Translations under genes and position numbers: made by a program | Origin: a virus | Direction: 5' to 3' (one strand) | Virus record (IMG/VR): IMGVR_UViG_3300045988_166944 | Length of the DNA stretch: 59,806 nucleotides | The notes under the pieces: generated by a model | What the model was told of the DNA's origin: nothing | Database searches by the model: none | What the model saw: only the letters and a program-made list of their open reading frames with translations | In this document: in pieces, positions 34,493-44,163 of the stretch | Position numbering within the stretch: position 1 is the stretch's first letter | Layout: every line of letters starts with the position of its first letter

Positions 34493-35971
34493 TTATTCTA
34501 AGACATAGACGTAGTTTCCGCAGTCGAATAACTGATAATACCCGTTCATGCGCATGTTCGCCACTTCACTCAAAGATTCATCAAAGCCATCGCCGAGAAG
34601 TGATTTCAATTTATGCTTCTGACATTGGCTCCTTGAGTAACGAATGTCTCCGTTTTTCACATACCAATAATTCGGTGCAGATGCGCTGATTCGGGTGAAG
34701 CCCAGTTTCTCATATAAGCCGCCATTGGAGAATCGACGATTGGCGTAACTTACAATAGAACCCGTGTATGCTTTTCTAAAAGCTACCAATAATTTGGAAG
34801 CTCCGCCAACAACGTGAAGCCCTGCTTTATTACAAAACCGCATCAGTTCCCAATGATACTGCTTCGTGTATCTGGGCTTGGCGAACGTCATAATAGAAAC
34901 GAGTTCTTCATTGCAGTACAAGCCGAGCCGCACACTGGAAGGAACAGTACCTTGTAGATGGTTGTCTTTCAGGAAACGGGAAGCCTCTTCCGACGAGACT
35001 TCACGGAGGGTTGTTTTTCGGGCGTATATTTTAGTACCAGTAATACCCAGTTTGGCGGCAATCATGGATTCGACAAGACTTCGTTTTCCAACCACTTCAG
35101 TATCCCAGAAATGAAGTAAAGCTATTCCTTTTGATTCACACAATTCAGTCTTATTCAGATGCGAGCTTCGAGTCTTACCAAATTCCGTTGTATGCCAATG
35201 TACGCCGTTTACTTCAATAGCAAGCCGTTTGTTCGGTTCGTATAAATCAAGTTCCAATCCGTCCAGTTGGCTTCGGTTGCCTTGTTCGAATTGAGGGAAT
35301 GTGTCTTTCAATGATTGCTCAACGCGCGAGATTGCGTTACATGTGCATTTTATACAGCCTTTGCCTTGAAGATGATTATTCGGGGTCTGCTGAAACTTTC
35401 CATGTTTAGGGCATATTATGCCCACGGGTCGGTGGCTTGTTGTGTAGTCAACTTCGGAATAATCATACTTGCCATTGTGAAGTTTTTCCGCTTTCTGTAT
35501 GAATGACGAACCTCTGACGTTAGCTGGGATTTTTGACGGAACGGAAACCCCTCTTCGCTTTTCAGCGCGACGCTTAATCCCACACTGTTTACACCCCTTT
35601 CCAGCCAACAGCATACCTGCCTGCTTCTCAAACACGCCATGCTCAGGACATACCAGTTTTACGGGTACTTTATACCCTCCGTATTCGACAGACGAATAAT
35701 CATACGCGTCGCCAAAAAGAACCTTTAGGCGGTTGATAAATTCTTCCTTAGGTAGTTGCAGAGCTTTCCCTGTTGAAGCGTATCCGCATTTTGGGCAACC
35801 CACACCATTCATAAAATGATTGGCTCGTATGGAGAACACGCCATGTTTTCTACATACGACTTCCACTGGCTCACTGGTAGAACGATAAATAGCTTGCGTC
35901 AGGTCGTATTTTTCTCCGTGGACATCTTTCGCTCGTCGGATAAATTCTTCTTGGTTGATTTTTGCTGCCAT
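34493..35971 (-). CDS. Homing-endonuclease-like protein (492 aa)
   Basis: Three tandem repeats of about 65 aa, each with the pattern HG.KYDYS...Y....V..(I/V)C..HG.F......H..G.GC..C. These are followed by a PD-(D/E)XK-like block, LDLYEPNKRLAIEVNGVHWH. The last block is IYARKTTLREV...FLKDNHLQG. Confidence 0.6.
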   Translation of the reverse strand: MAAKINQEEFIRRAKDVHGEKYDLTQAIYRSTSEPVEVVCRKHGVFSIRANHFMNGVGCPKCGYASTGKALQLPKEEFINRLKVLFGDAYDYSSVEYGGYKVPVKLVCPEHGVFEKQAGMLLAGKGCKQCGIKRRAEKRRGVSVPSKIPANVRGSSFIQKAEKLHNGKYDYSEVDYTTSHRPVGIICPKHGKFQQTPNNHLQGKGCIKCTCNAISRVEQSLKDTFPQFEQGNRSQLDGLELDLYEPNKRLAIEVNGVHWHTTEFGKTRSSHLNKTELCESKGIALLHFWDTEVVGKRSLVESMIAAKLGITGTKIYARKTTLREVSSEEASRFLKDNHLQGTVPSSVRLGLYCNEELVSIMTFAKPRYTKQYHWELMRFCNKAGLHVVGGASKLLVAFRKAYTGSIVSYANRRFSNGGLYEKLGFTRISASAPNYWYVKNGDIRYSRSQCQKHKLKSLLGDGFDESLSEVANMRMNGYYQLFDCGNYVYVLE

Positions 35972-36009
35972 AAAACAAAACTCCCTAAATCATGTGATTC
36001 AGGGAGTTT
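35972..36009 (-). terminator. Rho-independent terminator after the major tail gene
   Basis: On the minus strand, a 9-bp stem aaactccct / agggagttt followed by TTTTGTTTT, ending at the endonuclease ATG. Confidence 0.75.
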
Positions 36010-36038
36010 ACTACATCACTCGCTACCTTTCAACTGGT

Positions 36039-36890
36039 TTAGAGCAAGGATGTTGGTTGACCGTTGATGTACAACATAGACGTGCCTTCGGATTCCAGTG
36101 CAGTGATGTTGAAGGCCATTTGAGACCACTCCTCACCACCTTTTAATGCGAAATCGCCGTTAGGGGACAGACGCACTTTTGGCATCCAGTATTGACGATT
36201 TTCACCTTTGGCATTACAGCCGCGGAACAGGAACTCACCAACGATGGATTGACCTTTGGAGATGATGACATCACGAGCAGCCTTTTTCAGGTTGTAGGTA
36301 ACAACAATCCAAGTGCCTTCCGCCTTGATTTTACTGGTGCTTCTGGTGTCACCAATCATCAGGAAGCCAGTTTCGGGAGTATACTCGAAGTCAACACCTT
36401 CAACCAAGGTGGATGTTGCAGGAGTACCCGCTTTGGCTTGGGTTTCATCAGCAAAAACTTCAATTTTGGTAATGCTCGCAGAGAACACGCCGTTTGGGTT
36501 CTCTTTGGTAACACCCAAGCGATAACCCAGAGAAGGGTAAACCTTTAGTGTGTCTTTCTTATCAGTAGCAGCAACCTGAGTTTGGTTGCGCACCTCACCT
36601 GCGAAGAACATCGCCAAGTTTTCAGTGTTGATGTTGTCGAGTGTGAAGCTACCAGTGAGTTTGGAAGAAATAATAATTTCTTCATCGGTGGTGTTGAAAC
36701 CGCATTCGGATGACTTGTGTTCCAGCGTTTCGTTTTCCTGCGTCAGGTTCAGTTCTTTGGATGAACCGAGATAGCGGAAACCTTTGGCATCAGCCTGACG
36801 TTCCACGCCGTTGACGATAGGGAACTGGTTAAATTCAATTCGACCATTTGCCAATACTAAGGCTTTGGTCGCGCCGCGTGTAATAGCCAT
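36039..36890 (-). CDS. Major tail protein candidate (283 aa)
   Basis: It occupies the gpV position and is followed by a strong terminator, as expected for a highly expressed structural gene. Confidence 0.6.
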   Translation of the reverse strand: MAITRGATKALVLANGRIEFNQFPIVNGVERQADAKGFRYLGSSKELNLTQENETLEHKSSECGFNTTDEEIIISSKLTGSFTLDNINTENLAMFFAGEVRNQTQVAATDKKDTLKVYPSLGYRLGVTKENPNGVFSASITKIEVFADETQAKAGTPATSTLVEGVDFEYTPETGFLMIGDTRSTSKIKAEGTWIVVTYNLKKAARDVIISKGQSIVGEFLFRGCNAKGENRQYWMPKVRLSPNGDFALKGGEEWSQMAFNITALESEGTSMLYINGQPTSLL

Positions 36891-36912
36891 GTTGCTATCC
36901 TTTCTTTGTCAA

Positions 36913-37416
36913 TTAATCAAGTTCAGCATACGGATTCGCATTGTCATACGCGACGCTGAAGGAGAAATAAATATAGAAGTACGATTTCGATTGTACCTCA
37001 TCAGGCGGGTTATGGCAAACAGGTGAATCATATTTGAAGTTGCTTACCAAGCCGCCGAGATTATACCACTCTTTATATTTAGCCCCACCCATTCGACCAC
37101 CGTCAATGGCGTGGATTTTATGGAACGCCTGCTCAATTTTCGCAATTTGCTCATACGCCACATCAATCGGATGCTCAACGTCCTGAACGTCGACGTAGCC
37201 AGACAGCAGGAAATCCACGCGGTCATTGCGAACCGTTCTACCTTCGTCCGCGCCAGTACTGCTAGTACCCGCTCGAATCGTCTCGTTGATGACGATACAA
37301 GGTAGCGTTACGTCTGCGCCGATTACCTGACGACCACGGTACACACGCATACCTGTTTCCTGCTCAAGCAAGGCACATAATTTTTTGAGTGCCGTTAAAC
37401 GGATATGTTCTTTCAT
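36913..37416 (-). CDS. Tail terminator/completion protein candidate (gpU position)
   Basis: Assigned by gene order only. Confidence 0.4.
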   Translation of the reverse strand: MKEHIRLTALKKLCALLEQETGMRVYRGRQVIGADVTLPCIVINETIRAGTSSTGADEGRTVRNDRVDFLLSGYVDVQDVEHPIDVAYEQIAKIEQAFHKIHAIDGGRMGGAKYKEWYNLGGLVSNFKYDSPVCHNPPDEVQSKSYFYIYFSFSVAYDNANPYAELD

Positions 37417-38024
37417 TATTTTTCCAATCTATTGAATTGTCGTAAAAACTCGACCTCAAGATACTTGGCGATTCTGTCCTGATTGCGTTTGGCAGTGTCC
37501 CACATTACTTGGTCTACCGATGGGGCGTAAAGCAACCACGCCCTCATTGACCTAATGTATCGACCGCCGCCGTGTGTGATGCCGCTTGGTGGCGTAGACC
37601 CACCACCTTCTGTTCTCGTAAGAACGCCGATATTACCGGATTTGTTGAATTTGTGAACGAATGCGTGCTTCATGACTTTTGTCGAAGTAGGCTTGACCTT
37701 GACGCGCACACCTTTTGTCGTTTTAGACGGTATTGTATTCGGGTTGGGGCGAAACCTGTTCAACATCGTCGGTTGGTCACGCGCGTAAATGGAAGCTACG
37801 AGCGAACCTTTGGTTGCATATTTAGCCACGCCTGTTTTGTCGGGACTATTCAGATATGATGCCTTCCAGTTAATTTGCTTGCGCATATCCTGACGCACGC
37901 GGGACAGAGCCTCGCGCTTGACTGTCTGATTGATAGCCAAGCGCGCAGCGTCTGCGGTTCGTTCGGGGAAAGCCTTAAACATCTTCTCCAGCGATACCAG
38001 ATTTTCCAAGTCAATCGTAATCAT
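37416..38024 (-). CDS. gpZ-like tail completion protein
   Basis: The N-terminal pattern AARLAINQTVKREALSRVRQDMRKQ and the basic middle region resemble lambda gpZ. The position also fits. Confidence 0.5.
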   Translation of the reverse strand: MITIDLENLVSLEKMFKAFPERTADAARLAINQTVKREALSRVRQDMRKQINWKASYLNSPDKTGVAKYATKGSLVASIYARDQPTMLNRFRPNPNTIPSKTTKGVRVKVKPTSTKVMKHAFVHKFNKSGNIGVLTRTEGGGSTPPSGITHGGGRYIRSMRAWLLYAPSVDQVMWDTAKRNQDRIAKYLEVEFLRQFNRLEK

Positions 38025-38376
38025 GATTCACCCGATGCTGTAAATGCGTAGCCTGCCACTTCTCAATGTAGATACCGTCGTCGTCCAAGCGGGTGTTAAG
38101 CACATACTCTTTGCTGTCATACACAATCTTGTCGCCGACGCTGAATCCAAGCGCACGAGCTTCACGGATTGTACACAGTACGAGAACCCCACCATCAGAC
38201 AACTCAGCGAAACCCTGATAGTCTATGTCGCCCGTCAGATTTATTTTGGTATGCACGCGCAAACGACAGTCCGATACACGCCCGCTCGCCGCCGATATAT
38301 GCTTGGATGGAACGCCCATCTCATGATGCAAGTCGGCGCGAGCTTTGCGTTTTATGTCGAGGAAGCTCATAGCCAT
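38011..38376 (-). CDS. Head-tail connector protein candidate (121 aa)
   Basis: Its ATG overlaps the upstream stop (TAATG) and it lies between the head and tail modules. Confidence 0.4.
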   Translation of the reverse strand: MAMSFLDIKRKARADLHHEMGVPSKHISAASGRVSDCRLRVHTKINLTGDIDYQGFAELSDGGVLVLCTIREARALGFSVGDKIVYDSKEYVLNTRLDDDGIYIEKWQATHLQHRVNHDYD

Positions 38377-39038
38377 TACTCCACGATATAGGCTTGATAC
38401 CAAATACCTTGCACATCGGGAGCGTAGTTCGCGGTGAACTGGAAGCCTGTTTTGCTAATGTTTGCCAAATAGGTGAAGCGTGGGGATGTCGTAGCAAAGT
38501 CTATCGTAACAATGACGAACGGGGTTTTTGAGAATTCTTTAGAGAAATTGATTTGTTTAAACGTATTGTTCTCAAGAACACCCAGTTCGCTTCTCGGGAT
38601 GTATTTAGCCTCATACTCCTTAAACGGTTTAGCCCCTGAGCCACCCGATTGTTGGGCGGCTTCAAGAGCAGCGATTCTCCGCTTGAGTTCTGCGTCGTCA
38701 TATGGCGCAGGCGGTGTACCGACTAATTTAACAATCTGCTCCTTGAAGTTCAATTCGACGGTTTTGTCGCGAGATGTGTTATCAGCTTCACCGATTTTGA
38801 AAACAAGCTTATTGCCATCTGCGCTGGGAGTTACAGATTTCAAATGCAAATCGGGAACAGGTGATGGGATTAACGGTCGTAGGTCAACTGTTTTTGTTTC
38901 AGAGCCAATAGTTGCGCTAAGTACACCATTGTTCAGTGTGAAGTTACCAAACGCATTTTGAGATGGCGATGTTGACTGCCCACTTGTGTCATTCTCCCAA
39001 TGACCTCGAACTGTTTCGTAAATATCAATGTAGCTCAT
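38376..39038 (-). CDS. Virion-module protein with a C-terminal H-type-lectin-like segment (220 aa)
   Basis: The C-terminal INFSKEFSKTPFVIVTIDF...ANISKTGFQFTAN...IWYQAY resembles the H_lectin pattern. The call is tentative. Confidence 0.4.
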   Translation of the reverse strand: MSYIDIYETVRGHWENDTSGQSTSPSQNAFGNFTLNNGVLSATIGSETKTVDLRPLIPSPVPDLHLKSVTPSADGNKLVFKIGEADNTSRDKTVELNFKEQIVKLVGTPPAPYDDAELKRRIAALEAAQQSGGSGAKPFKEYEAKYIPRSELGVLENNTFKQINFSKEFSKTPFVIVTIDFATTSPRFTYLANISKTGFQFTANYAPDVQGIWYQAYIVE

Positions 39039-39050
39039 TTTCTTTTCCAT

Positions 39051-39090
39051 AAAAAAAAGGTTTCGCGTTAATTCTAACACGAAACCTTTT
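39051..39090 (-). terminator. Rho-independent terminator downstream of the capsid gene cluster
   Basis: On the minus strand, stem aaggtttcg / cgaaacctt followed by T8. Confidence 0.7.
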
Positions 39091-39103
39091 TACTAAGAAG
39101 ACA

Positions 39104-39460
39104 TTACAGCTCGCCGTCTTCTTCAGACTTGGCTTCAGATTCACCTTCGGATTCACCTTCAGATTCACCTTCAGATTCACCTTCGGACTTAGCTGTTGAG
39201 CGACCGCGACCGCGTTTCTTAGGTTCTACGGGTTGTTCAGGTTCAGCAGGAGATGTGTCTTCCTGAACAGCCACTTCGACTTCTTCAATCAGTTCGGGAG
39301 TTGGTAAACCGAAATCCGTACAAACTTCAACCTGACCGTCAAAATCCGCTTGTGGCAGTTGAACGACTTGACCACCGAAGTGCAGAACGCCATTGCTGGC
39401 AACGAAAGAAACATTGGTTTTGAATTTAACCATTTTGATAGATTGAGACATTTCGGTCAT
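39104..39460 (-). CDS. Hypothetical head-module protein with an acidic (SEGE)n tail (118 aa)
   Basis: The ORF follows the major capsid gene. Its C-terminus reads KSEGESEGESEGESEGESEAKSEEDGEL. Confidence 0.55.
   Translation of the reverse strand: MTEMSQSIKMVKFKTNVSFVASNGVLHFGGQVVQLPQADFDGQVEVCTDFGLPTPELIEEVEVAVQEDTSPAEPEQPVEPKKRGRGRSTAKSEGESEGESEGESEGESEAKSEEDGEL
39134..39189 (-). repeat. 12-bp tandem repeat (about 4.5 copies) encoding SEGE
   Basis: On the + strand, ttc(a/g)gattcacc is repeated from 39134. Confidence 0.9.
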
Positions 39461-39462
39461 CC

Positions 39463-40539
39463 TTATTTAGTTACATCCGCAATGCGGAACACACTGTTTG
39501 GGGTCAGCGTGATAGGCAGCGGGGCGGATTGGGTCAACAGGTAGGTTGTTGACGGTTCGTCAACGCGGAATTCTTTGTGGTACATTTCGGTCGCAACCCA
39601 GCCAGCGTCTGCGTCTTTGATTGCGCCAAATGACATCGCGCCCGAGAATTCTTTGCTGTCAAAGCCAATGACCTCGCCATCGGCAATGTAACGTTTCGGC
39701 AGACCGTCTGCGCCAAGGTAGCTGCGGCTGTCAACGTAAACTTCGATAACAGCACCATTCAGGGATGTGAATCGGGCAACCATGGCAACACCGCGCACTT
39801 CACCCACATGGAGCAGGTTCATTGTCAGGTCTGAACCACGGATGTTCGTATCGAGCAGATGCGAACGTTCTTTGGCTGAGAAGTATGCGTAGAAGGCAGC
39901 CCATGCACCGCGACCCATGATAATGGTGTCCACTTCGGAGGTGTGTGATTTCTCATACACCAAGTCGGACATTTTTGCCAAGATGGTCAGCGGATTAACG
40001 CCCGCGGCAGTCCAGTTTTGCGCGCCCAAGTTGCTCATTGTCAGAGCAGGGTCACGGAAATAGCTCACCGTTGTAGTCGGGTAGTCATCACCGCTAATGG
40101 TCAACTCAGCGCGAGAGAAGGCATAGAACGCCATCAATTCGTACAAGTTGGTCATTTTGGTACGGTGCATCTGGATTTGCTTGGCACGGATTGCCATGGC
40201 GCGTTGCGCTGGAGTCATGCTGCCGAACAGTTGCTCACCTGCGATGCGATGTTGCAGACGCTCGTCCCAAGCATCAATGCTGTCTTTCTCTTTGGCATAT
40301 GCCGGGCGGAACGATTTAACATCGAAGTTTTTGGTCTGGTTGACCTTGCTCACCACGTTAGGGGCGACAAATTTGGCAACACCGCGCAAATCTTCGAACA
40401 CGTCGTCGAAAATAATCACGTCGGATTTGGACAGGAAATTATTGCTGAACAGGACTCGATAGAAGGATTTCGGGGCTTCCATCTTGCGAACCAAGCCCCC
40501 CTGAATCAGGGTTTCCGTCAAAGTTTGTGCGTTTGGCAT
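39463..40539 (-). CDS. Major capsid protein, lambda gpE-like
   Basis: Supported by its size (358 aa) and its position after the decoration gene. The N-terminal pattern FYRVLF...SDVIIFD...FVAPNVVSKV...FRPAY is as in gpE-family capsid proteins. Confidence 0.8.
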   Translation of the reverse strand: MPNAQTLTETLIQGGLVRKMEAPKSFYRVLFSNNFLSKSDVIIFDDVFEDLRGVAKFVAPNVVSKVNQTKNFDVKSFRPAYAKEKDSIDAWDERLQHRIAGEQLFGSMTPAQRAMAIRAKQIQMHRTKMTNLYELMAFYAFSRAELTISGDDYPTTTVSYFRDPALTMSNLGAQNWTAAGVNPLTILAKMSDLVYEKSHTSEVDTIIMGRGAWAAFYAYFSAKERSHLLDTNIRGSDLTMNLLHVGEVRGVAMVARFTSLNGAVIEVYVDSRSYLGADGLPKRYIADGEVIGFDSKEFSGAMSFGAIKDADAGWVATEMYHKEFRVDEPSTTYLLTQSAPLPITLTPNSVFRIADVTK

Positions 40540-40556
40540 AATTAACCTTTCTTTTC

Positions 40557-40973
40557 TTAGGCGCGTTGAACTGGGTCGGTTTCAGCATTTTCGAAGAAAA
40601 TGACAGGAGAGCCGAACAAGCGCAGTTTTTCAAGTCGTTGTGCAACGGTATATGTGTTATTGTACTCGGTAACACTAACCACAATGGCGTTAATGTTGAA
40701 AGTACCGTTAGTATATACGCTCACAGGTTTATTTGCTTCAGCGGCAAAGGCTGTCACACAAAGCTGTTTACCTGCTGACAACGCAGCAAAATCACCAGTC
40801 GCAGTGACAGGTTCGACAGTATAGTCGGTGTTCAGTTTACACAGTTGATACTGCTGAACCGCAGCTTTGGCTTTTGCCGACACGGTAGCTGGCAATGGAG
40901 TTTGTTTGGCAAACAGAGGGATGTGCAAACCGCCTACTGCTGGAATGTTTTCACTTTTCGCAAACATTTTCAA
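40557..40973 (-). CDS. Head decoration protein candidate (gpD position)
   Basis: A 138-aa ORF between the protease and capsid genes. Confidence 0.5.
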   Translation of the reverse strand: MKMFAKSENIPAVGGLHIPLFAKQTPLPATVSAKAKAAVQQYQLCKLNTDYTVEPVTATGDFAALSAGKQLCVTAFAAEANKPVSVYTNGTFNINAIVVSVTEYNNTYTVAQRLEKLRLFGSPVIFFENAETDPVQRA

Positions 40974-40979
40974 TCCTTC

Positions 40980-42269
40980 TTAGTTTTGTTTCAAGAAACT
41001 GGCAACGACATCAATATCAGCCGCCAATTTATTGGCTTCAGATACATCACCCGCGTCAGCACCAACGTTCGGTTGCTCAACCTTGCTCATGGCATCCGCC
41101 AGCAAATTGACTGAGGCAACGGGTTTTTCGGCAACAGGAGCAGCGGCAACAGGCTCTTTGGTATCCTGCACAGCGGCATTCAGCGTTTGAATAGCATCTT
41201 CGACGCTCATGTTGGTGTTGAACGCCAAGTGGTGTGCCAATTTGCTGTTAGAAGCTGCTGCTTCTGCCGTGATGATACTCTGAATGCGATTGCGTTCTGA
41301 GCTTGCGTCAGCTTGAGCAACAGGGGCTTGTGGCGTTTGAGCCTGCGGTTCAGTTTTGGTATCAGTTACCGCCTGAACTGTATTTTCTTTAGACATACGT
41401 CCCTCCGTGATTGATTTTAGAGCCTCTTCGACGCTCATTACCTCGTCGATAAGACCCATGGTTTTTGCTTCTTGCGCAGTATAGCACGCCGCTTGAGTCT
41501 TTACTACATCATCAACGGCAAGCGAGCGATTCGCACTCACCAATGATACGAATTCGGCATATATCGCGTCAATTCTTTTTTGCATATCGGCTTTAACCGA
41601 ATCGCTCAAATCTTCATATGGATTACCATCAACTTTATGCTCACCAGCTTTAATGAATGTTACGGAGATACCTTCGTTCTCCAGCATCTTCTTGTAGCTG
41701 GCGTGCATTGCGACAACACCTACCGAACCAACTCCACTACTCGGCGTGGCTTTGATTGATGTACAGGCAGAAGCAATAGCGTATGCCGCAGAATAGCAGT
41801 TGCTATCCACGACGGCATGGATTTCTTTCTGAGTACGCGCTGATTTAATGTAATCCACTGTTTCAAAACATCCAGCGACTTCACCACCGCCTGAATTAAT
41901 ATCCAGTATGATTGCGTCAACGGAATTATCCATCAAAGCTGTCGCGATTGCGTTTTTGATGTAATTGTAGCCCGTGATGAAACCGTATGTTGCGTTAAAG
42001 CGATTGACCAATGCGCCAAACACAGGAATAACCGCCGTCGTACCTATCATACCGTACATCATGCTGTTACTTGCTGAAGCAGAACCCAGTGTTCGAGCCA
42101 TTGTCTGCTTAATCATATCAATACGACCTTCCTCTTTTTGCAAAACAGGACTGCTCATATTGGCATTCAAGTCGGTCAAAAACTCGCCAGCCACTTCTTG
42201 TTGAATGGCGAGATACAAGGTTTTCTGACCAATAAGGGATGCAACAATAGGATGTAATAAATTACTCAT
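40980..42269 (-). CDS. Head maturation protease, S49 (SppA/gpC-like), with a scaffold-like C-terminus
   Basis: Contains ILDINSGGGEVAG and VVDSNCYSAAYAIASAC as in S49 peptidases. ATG at 42269 overlaps the portal stop. The C-terminal third is Ala/Gln-rich. Confidence 0.8.
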   Translation of the reverse strand: MSNLLHPIVASLIGQKTLYLAIQQEVAGEFLTDLNANMSSPVLQKEEGRIDMIKQTMARTLGSASASNSMMYGMIGTTAVIPVFGALVNRFNATYGFITGYNYIKNAIATALMDNSVDAIILDINSGGGEVAGCFETVDYIKSARTQKEIHAVVDSNCYSAAYAIASACTSIKATPSSGVGSVGVVAMHASYKKMLENEGISVTFIKAGEHKVDGNPYEDLSDSVKADMQKRIDAIYAEFVSLVSANRSLAVDDVVKTQAACYTAQEAKTMGLIDEVMSVEEALKSITEGRMSKENTVQAVTDTKTEPQAQTPQAPVAQADASSERNRIQSIITAEAAASNSKLAHHLAFNTNMSVEDAIQTLNAAVQDTKEPVAAAPVAEKPVASVNLLADAMSKVEQPNVGADAGDVSEANKLAADIDVVASFLKQN

Positions 42270-43908
42270 TTTCACCATCTTTCGTTTCGTTATCGGGATT
42301 ATCTTCTTCTTTACCTTTAGAATCAACGTCTTCGTTTGATTTTGAGGATTTTTTATTAACAACGGCTTTCTCAGCACCGTCATCGGTGGTGATACCCAAG
42401 CGTTTAATCTCATCCTGTTCGCGCTTGCGTTGTGCCAATAATTCGCGCCAGTCATAACCCATACGGGCAGCCTCAATCTCAAGAGTAGAGAGACCGTAAT
42501 TGGTTTTGAGAATAGCCGCCTGTGTTTCCTTCATCTCGTCGATTTGCCCTCGTGCTGCACCAATCCATGAACATTGTGCCAAAGCGTCGAATATTTCAGG
42601 ATTTTCGTAAATCCACGCCGAGGTTTTGCCTTTTGGCAAAGGAACTGAGCCGTTATTGATTTGTTCCTCAAGCCAAAGTCGGTAAACCTCTGTCGCAAAT
42701 TTATCAGCAACAGCCTTTTTACGCGACTGCATGAACTTAAATGTTTCATTCATGCTCGCGCGTGCGCTAGAGTAGTTCGTTTTGGTGTAGTCACGCGAGA
42801 ACTGCTCGTAGCTAACACCAAGACCCGCTGCGATATGTCGTAGCAAAGACTGCTCGTACTCAGAACCCGTCCCACTCGGTTGACCGAGCTGTTGCAGATT
42901 CAACTTGGTGTTCGGATGCAATACGGGAATGCGTGCGCCGTCCAACTGAATATCACGCGTAGCGGCGTGTTGCAAAATAGAACCAAGCATGGCTTTGGCG
43001 GCGACGTCAAAGCTAATGCCGTTTGGATTACCACCCATCATTTCCGTTATCATCTGAGTCGGCAAATCGCTTTCAATGCTTGCCGCATAAGTGGCTTGTA
43101 AAACAGCCTGTTGCAATTCGACATCTTGGAAGCGACGTGTCATCCGCATCTGTTTCAAAACACTCACCATCTCGCTCACACCCCGTATCTGTTCAGGAAG
43201 CAGTTGGTCGATGATGTGAATCATTTGCTTGCGACCCCACTTGGTTTCGGCAGGAATACGCTTCCACTTAAACAATTTCTCGGTTTGAGTGTAATCGTAT
43301 GGATGTGCTTCCATGATGTGATAAACAACAGGTCTGCCATATGCGTCACGCTCGATACCCGCTTTAATTTTCTCGTCATCCATCAAACCGTTCGGATTAG
43401 AAAGACGTTTCGGGTTAATCATCTGTACTGCTGTTGAGTATGGTCGTCTTCGGTCGACAATCCATTCAGCCGCAGCAAGAACCTCACCATGAATTAAAAA
43501 CACACCAACTGCCTGACGTACCATTGCGGTAAAGTCTTTAATACCCGCGGCATCCAACCAGTGTTTAGAACTCGATGCAGTATTGTTAAATTTAGACTCG
43601 ACAATACGCTGAAACTCATATAACCATTCGGTGTCCTCAATACCAAGTACATCGACATTCGGCTGAGAGTTGAGCTTGAATTGCGAACCAACAATATTGT
43701 CTTTGTGAATCGCAACAACACCGCTCGCGTAGCCGTCGTTCAGGACGACATCGCGAGCGCGGTCATCAATGATGTCCTTTTCAAAACGCAACATTGCGTC
43801 CATAGGCAGCGGCGAAGCTTCCCATGTAGCCATTTCACGGCTGGTACGGTTAGCTCCGTCGAGACCGCCTGTGCCACTGCGGGTCGTGTATCCATCAATG
43901 CCTGACAT
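42262..43908 (-). CDS. Portal protein, lambda gpB-like
   Basis: Assigned by size (548 aa) and position between the gpW-like and protease genes. Confidence 0.8.
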   Translation of the reverse strand: MSGIDGYTTRSGTGGLDGANRTSREMATWEASPLPMDAMLRFEKDIIDDRARDVVLNDGYASGVVAIHKDNIVGSQFKLNSQPNVDVLGIEDTEWLYEFQRIVESKFNNTASSSKHWLDAAGIKDFTAMVRQAVGVFLIHGEVLAAAEWIVDRRRPYSTAVQMINPKRLSNPNGLMDDEKIKAGIERDAYGRPVVYHIMEAHPYDYTQTEKLFKWKRIPAETKWGRKQMIHIIDQLLPEQIRGVSEMVSVLKQMRMTRRFQDVELQQAVLQATYAASIESDLPTQMITEMMGGNPNGISFDVAAKAMLGSILQHAATRDIQLDGARIPVLHPNTKLNLQQLGQPSGTGSEYEQSLLRHIAAGLGVSYEQFSRDYTKTNYSSARASMNETFKFMQSRKKAVADKFATEVYRLWLEEQINNGSVPLPKGKTSAWIYENPEIFDALAQCSWIGAARGQIDEMKETQAAILKTNYGLSTLEIEAARMGYDWRELLAQRKREQDEIKRLGITTDDGAEKAVVNKKSSKSNEDVDSKGKEEDNPDNETKDGENE

Positions 43909-43916
43909 ATTATCTC

Positions 43917-44162
43917 CTAGAAATAAACCCGTAGTGGTCGATAGCCCTGACCACCGAACACGTTATCGAGCATACCGCATGCGCGTAGTTCCATTTCCAT
44001 TCGGCGGATTAAGTCTGCCAGCACAGACAAATTAGCCTTTTGGTACTCGATACGCTCGCCGTTTTGGTCAATCACAACTGTTACGTTTTGACCAGACGCA
44101 ATACGAAAATACGCGTCTTTAGCGTCCTTTAGCTGTTCGGGGGTATAAGATGTGCAACTCAT
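43917..44162 (-). CDS. gpW-like head-tail joining protein
   Basis: EQLKDAKDAYFRIASGQNVTVVIDQNGERIEYQKANLSVLADLIRRME parallels lambda gpW. ATG at 44162 lies right after the terminase stop. Confidence 0.7.
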   Translation of the reverse strand: MSCTSYTPEQLKDAKDAYFRIASGQNVTVVIDQNGERIEYQKANLSVLADLIRRMEMELRACGMLDNVFGGQGYRPLRVYF

Positions 44163-44163
44163 G

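Larger units (their letters stand above)
34436..36009 (-). mobile_element. Free-standing endonuclease gene cassette inserted between the major tail and chaperone genes
   Basis: The gene is bracketed by two strong terminators and interrupts the otherwise conserved V-G-T-H gene order. Confidence 0.5.
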
